DNA of 63,581 nucleotides, filler included, from Bonamia ostreae (Eukaryota): NCBI GenBank assembly GCA_040357525.1. It is 47 parts of 47 records of this genome, joined end to end, with 100 filler letters (N's around TTAATTAATTAA, not from the genome) between each part and the next. Parts side by side here need not be neighbours in the genome. Positions count along the whole stretch, not along the records: positions 62,335 to 63,581 come from JBDODL010002248.1; 46 more parts are not named here. One strand, 5' to 3'. Shown piece by piece: positions 62,335 to 63,581 of this stretch (position 1 is its first letter; each line of letters starts with the position of its first letter). The notes under the pieces were generated by a model. It saw only the letters and a program-made list of their open reading frames with translations, ran no database searches and was not told where the DNA came from. The position numbers and the translations under genes were made by a program.

Positions 62335-63208
62335 TATTCGCTCTATCCGAAAAAATAATTGTGGAGAGCAATCTCAAAGATTCTTTTAAAGAATCAATGT
62401 CGTCGTTATTTTTCGATATCTTTTTAGAAACGTGCTGAATAAAAAATGGCGTCAACGGCTCCAAACCTTTATCACTCGATAAAGCTCTGAACGCGATCTT
62501 TCTTATTTTCTTAAAATTCGAAAATATCAAATTTAACTTTGTCGTCCGAGTTCAAATTTTTTATTATTTCTTTGAAATATCGTTCCATTTCTTTCGTCAA
62601 AATCGACTTTATTTTGAAAAATCGAACATTTTTCTTTTTAATCAAAACAATTTCTTTTTGTTCATCGTTAAGACGAAATTTGCTGTTCAATAATTTTTTG
62701 GGATTTGAAGCGTTGTAGACAGTTTGAGGCTCTATGCCATCAATAGAAAGCCAATGAATGTTCAGACAACGAGATCTCGGCTTTTCCACCGATAAATGTC
62801 CTTCAAATTCTTTCGATGTCATCTAAAATCGAAAAAATATTAATCGAATTTAACAAAAAAAAACTAAAATTTCGCCATTTTTTAAGCTGTCTTTAGAAAT
62901 ATTTTCGGTCAAAAAGCTGTTTTCTTGTAAAAAAAGATTCTTTTTTGTTGAAATGTTATTCAATAAAACATTGCGGTTAAGCGATTTAAGGGCCATTTTA
63001 ATATCGAAAATTTCAATGTTTTCTCTGTTTTCGATTTGTGCCAAATCGTTTGAAGTCTTTTTTCGATCAAAAAAACTTTTAAAAGTTCTGAAAACTGATT
63101 GTGGATTCTTTCAGAAAGAAGTTCTTTGTTGTTTTGGTCGATTTTGGTTTTCGCGTCTAAAAGTTTTTTAGTTATAAAATGATATTCGTTAAAAAGTAAA
63201 TTTGACAT
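62335..63208 (-). CDS. TAF6: TFIID subunit TAF6, N-terminal part, 3 introns; protist
   Basis: LNIHWLSIDGIEPQT; ILTKEMERYFKEI; RKIAFRALSSDKGLEPLTPFFIQHV. Histone-fold-like N-terminus after removing intron 63057-63076. Confidence 0.85.
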
Positions 63209-63293
63209 TTTTAAGCTTTTTTTAATTTTTAGAAAAGCTATTTTTTGTTATACCGAAAATTATTAAAACGAACTAAGTTTTGACAAATTTGGA

Positions 63294-63506
63294 ATGGTCA
63301 ATAATGACATACAATTGTTGTTAAAAACAACAAAACCGTCCCAATATAAAAAGAGATTAATTGTTACGAAAAGCAATATTGTCGAATTGATCGACAAAGG
63401 ATGGATTTCTCTTTACAAAAGAGATTTTCGCGCTGCAGTGCGGATTGCTGAAATATTGATTGATTTGTTGTATCCCAAATCTTATATTATTAATGACGTT
63501 GTTGAA
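63294..63506 (+). CDS. First exon of a hypothetical protein divergent from TAF6; protist
   Basis: MVNNDIQLLLK...LYKRDFRAAVRIAEILIDLLYPKSYIINDVVE followed by a GTTAAT donor-like site. Confidence 0.5.
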
Positions 63507-63581
63507 GTTAATTATTTTTTCGTTAAATTTTTTAATTTTTGTCGATTAAATTTTCGTTTATTATCCAATTTTTTTCGAAAT

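Overview
This window is not one locus. It is a pseudo-scaffold of 47 unrelated short contigs, sorted by size from 1261 down to 1247 bp and joined by 46 identical 100-nt artificial linkers (N44-TTAATTAATTAA-N44, stop codons in all six frames), so adjacency across linkers means nothing. At least three genomes are mixed. (1) A very AT-rich, gene-dense unicellular eukaryote with tiny introns (19-90 nt mostly). It carries fragments of condensin Cnd1, Twinkle, IPC synthase, PI-PLC, myotubularin, syntaxin-16, UTP4, ATP synthase subunit d, acetyl-CoA carboxylase, a SOD-fold protein, PRCC, Costars, Atp23, a 2OG-Fe(II) oxygenase, primase large subunit and TAF6. (2) An animal, most resembling a bivalve/oyster: isolated LRR, FN3, Ig, EGF and SET exons with GTRAG-type donors, plus decayed DIRS/Ngaro, Penelope and LTR elements. 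(3) One phage/prophage replication-module contig. The mix fits an intracellular protist parasite of a bivalve (ascetosporean/haplosporidian-like; inference only). Best leads: (a) the protist's unusual intron grammar (GTT donors, AAG acceptors, no CAG, U-rich 5' and A-rich 3' ends, some hairpin-forming); (b) a LINE ORF1 whose 5' end runs directly into a 6-nt-periodic TTAGGG-like array, suggesting a telomere-capped retroelement; (c) apparently catalytically dead Atp23 and Cu/Zn-SOD homologues; (d) an unknown ORF in the env position of an LTR element; (e) a possible amber read-through in the phage HNH gene. All family calls come from recalled motifs and manual splicing, not database searches.
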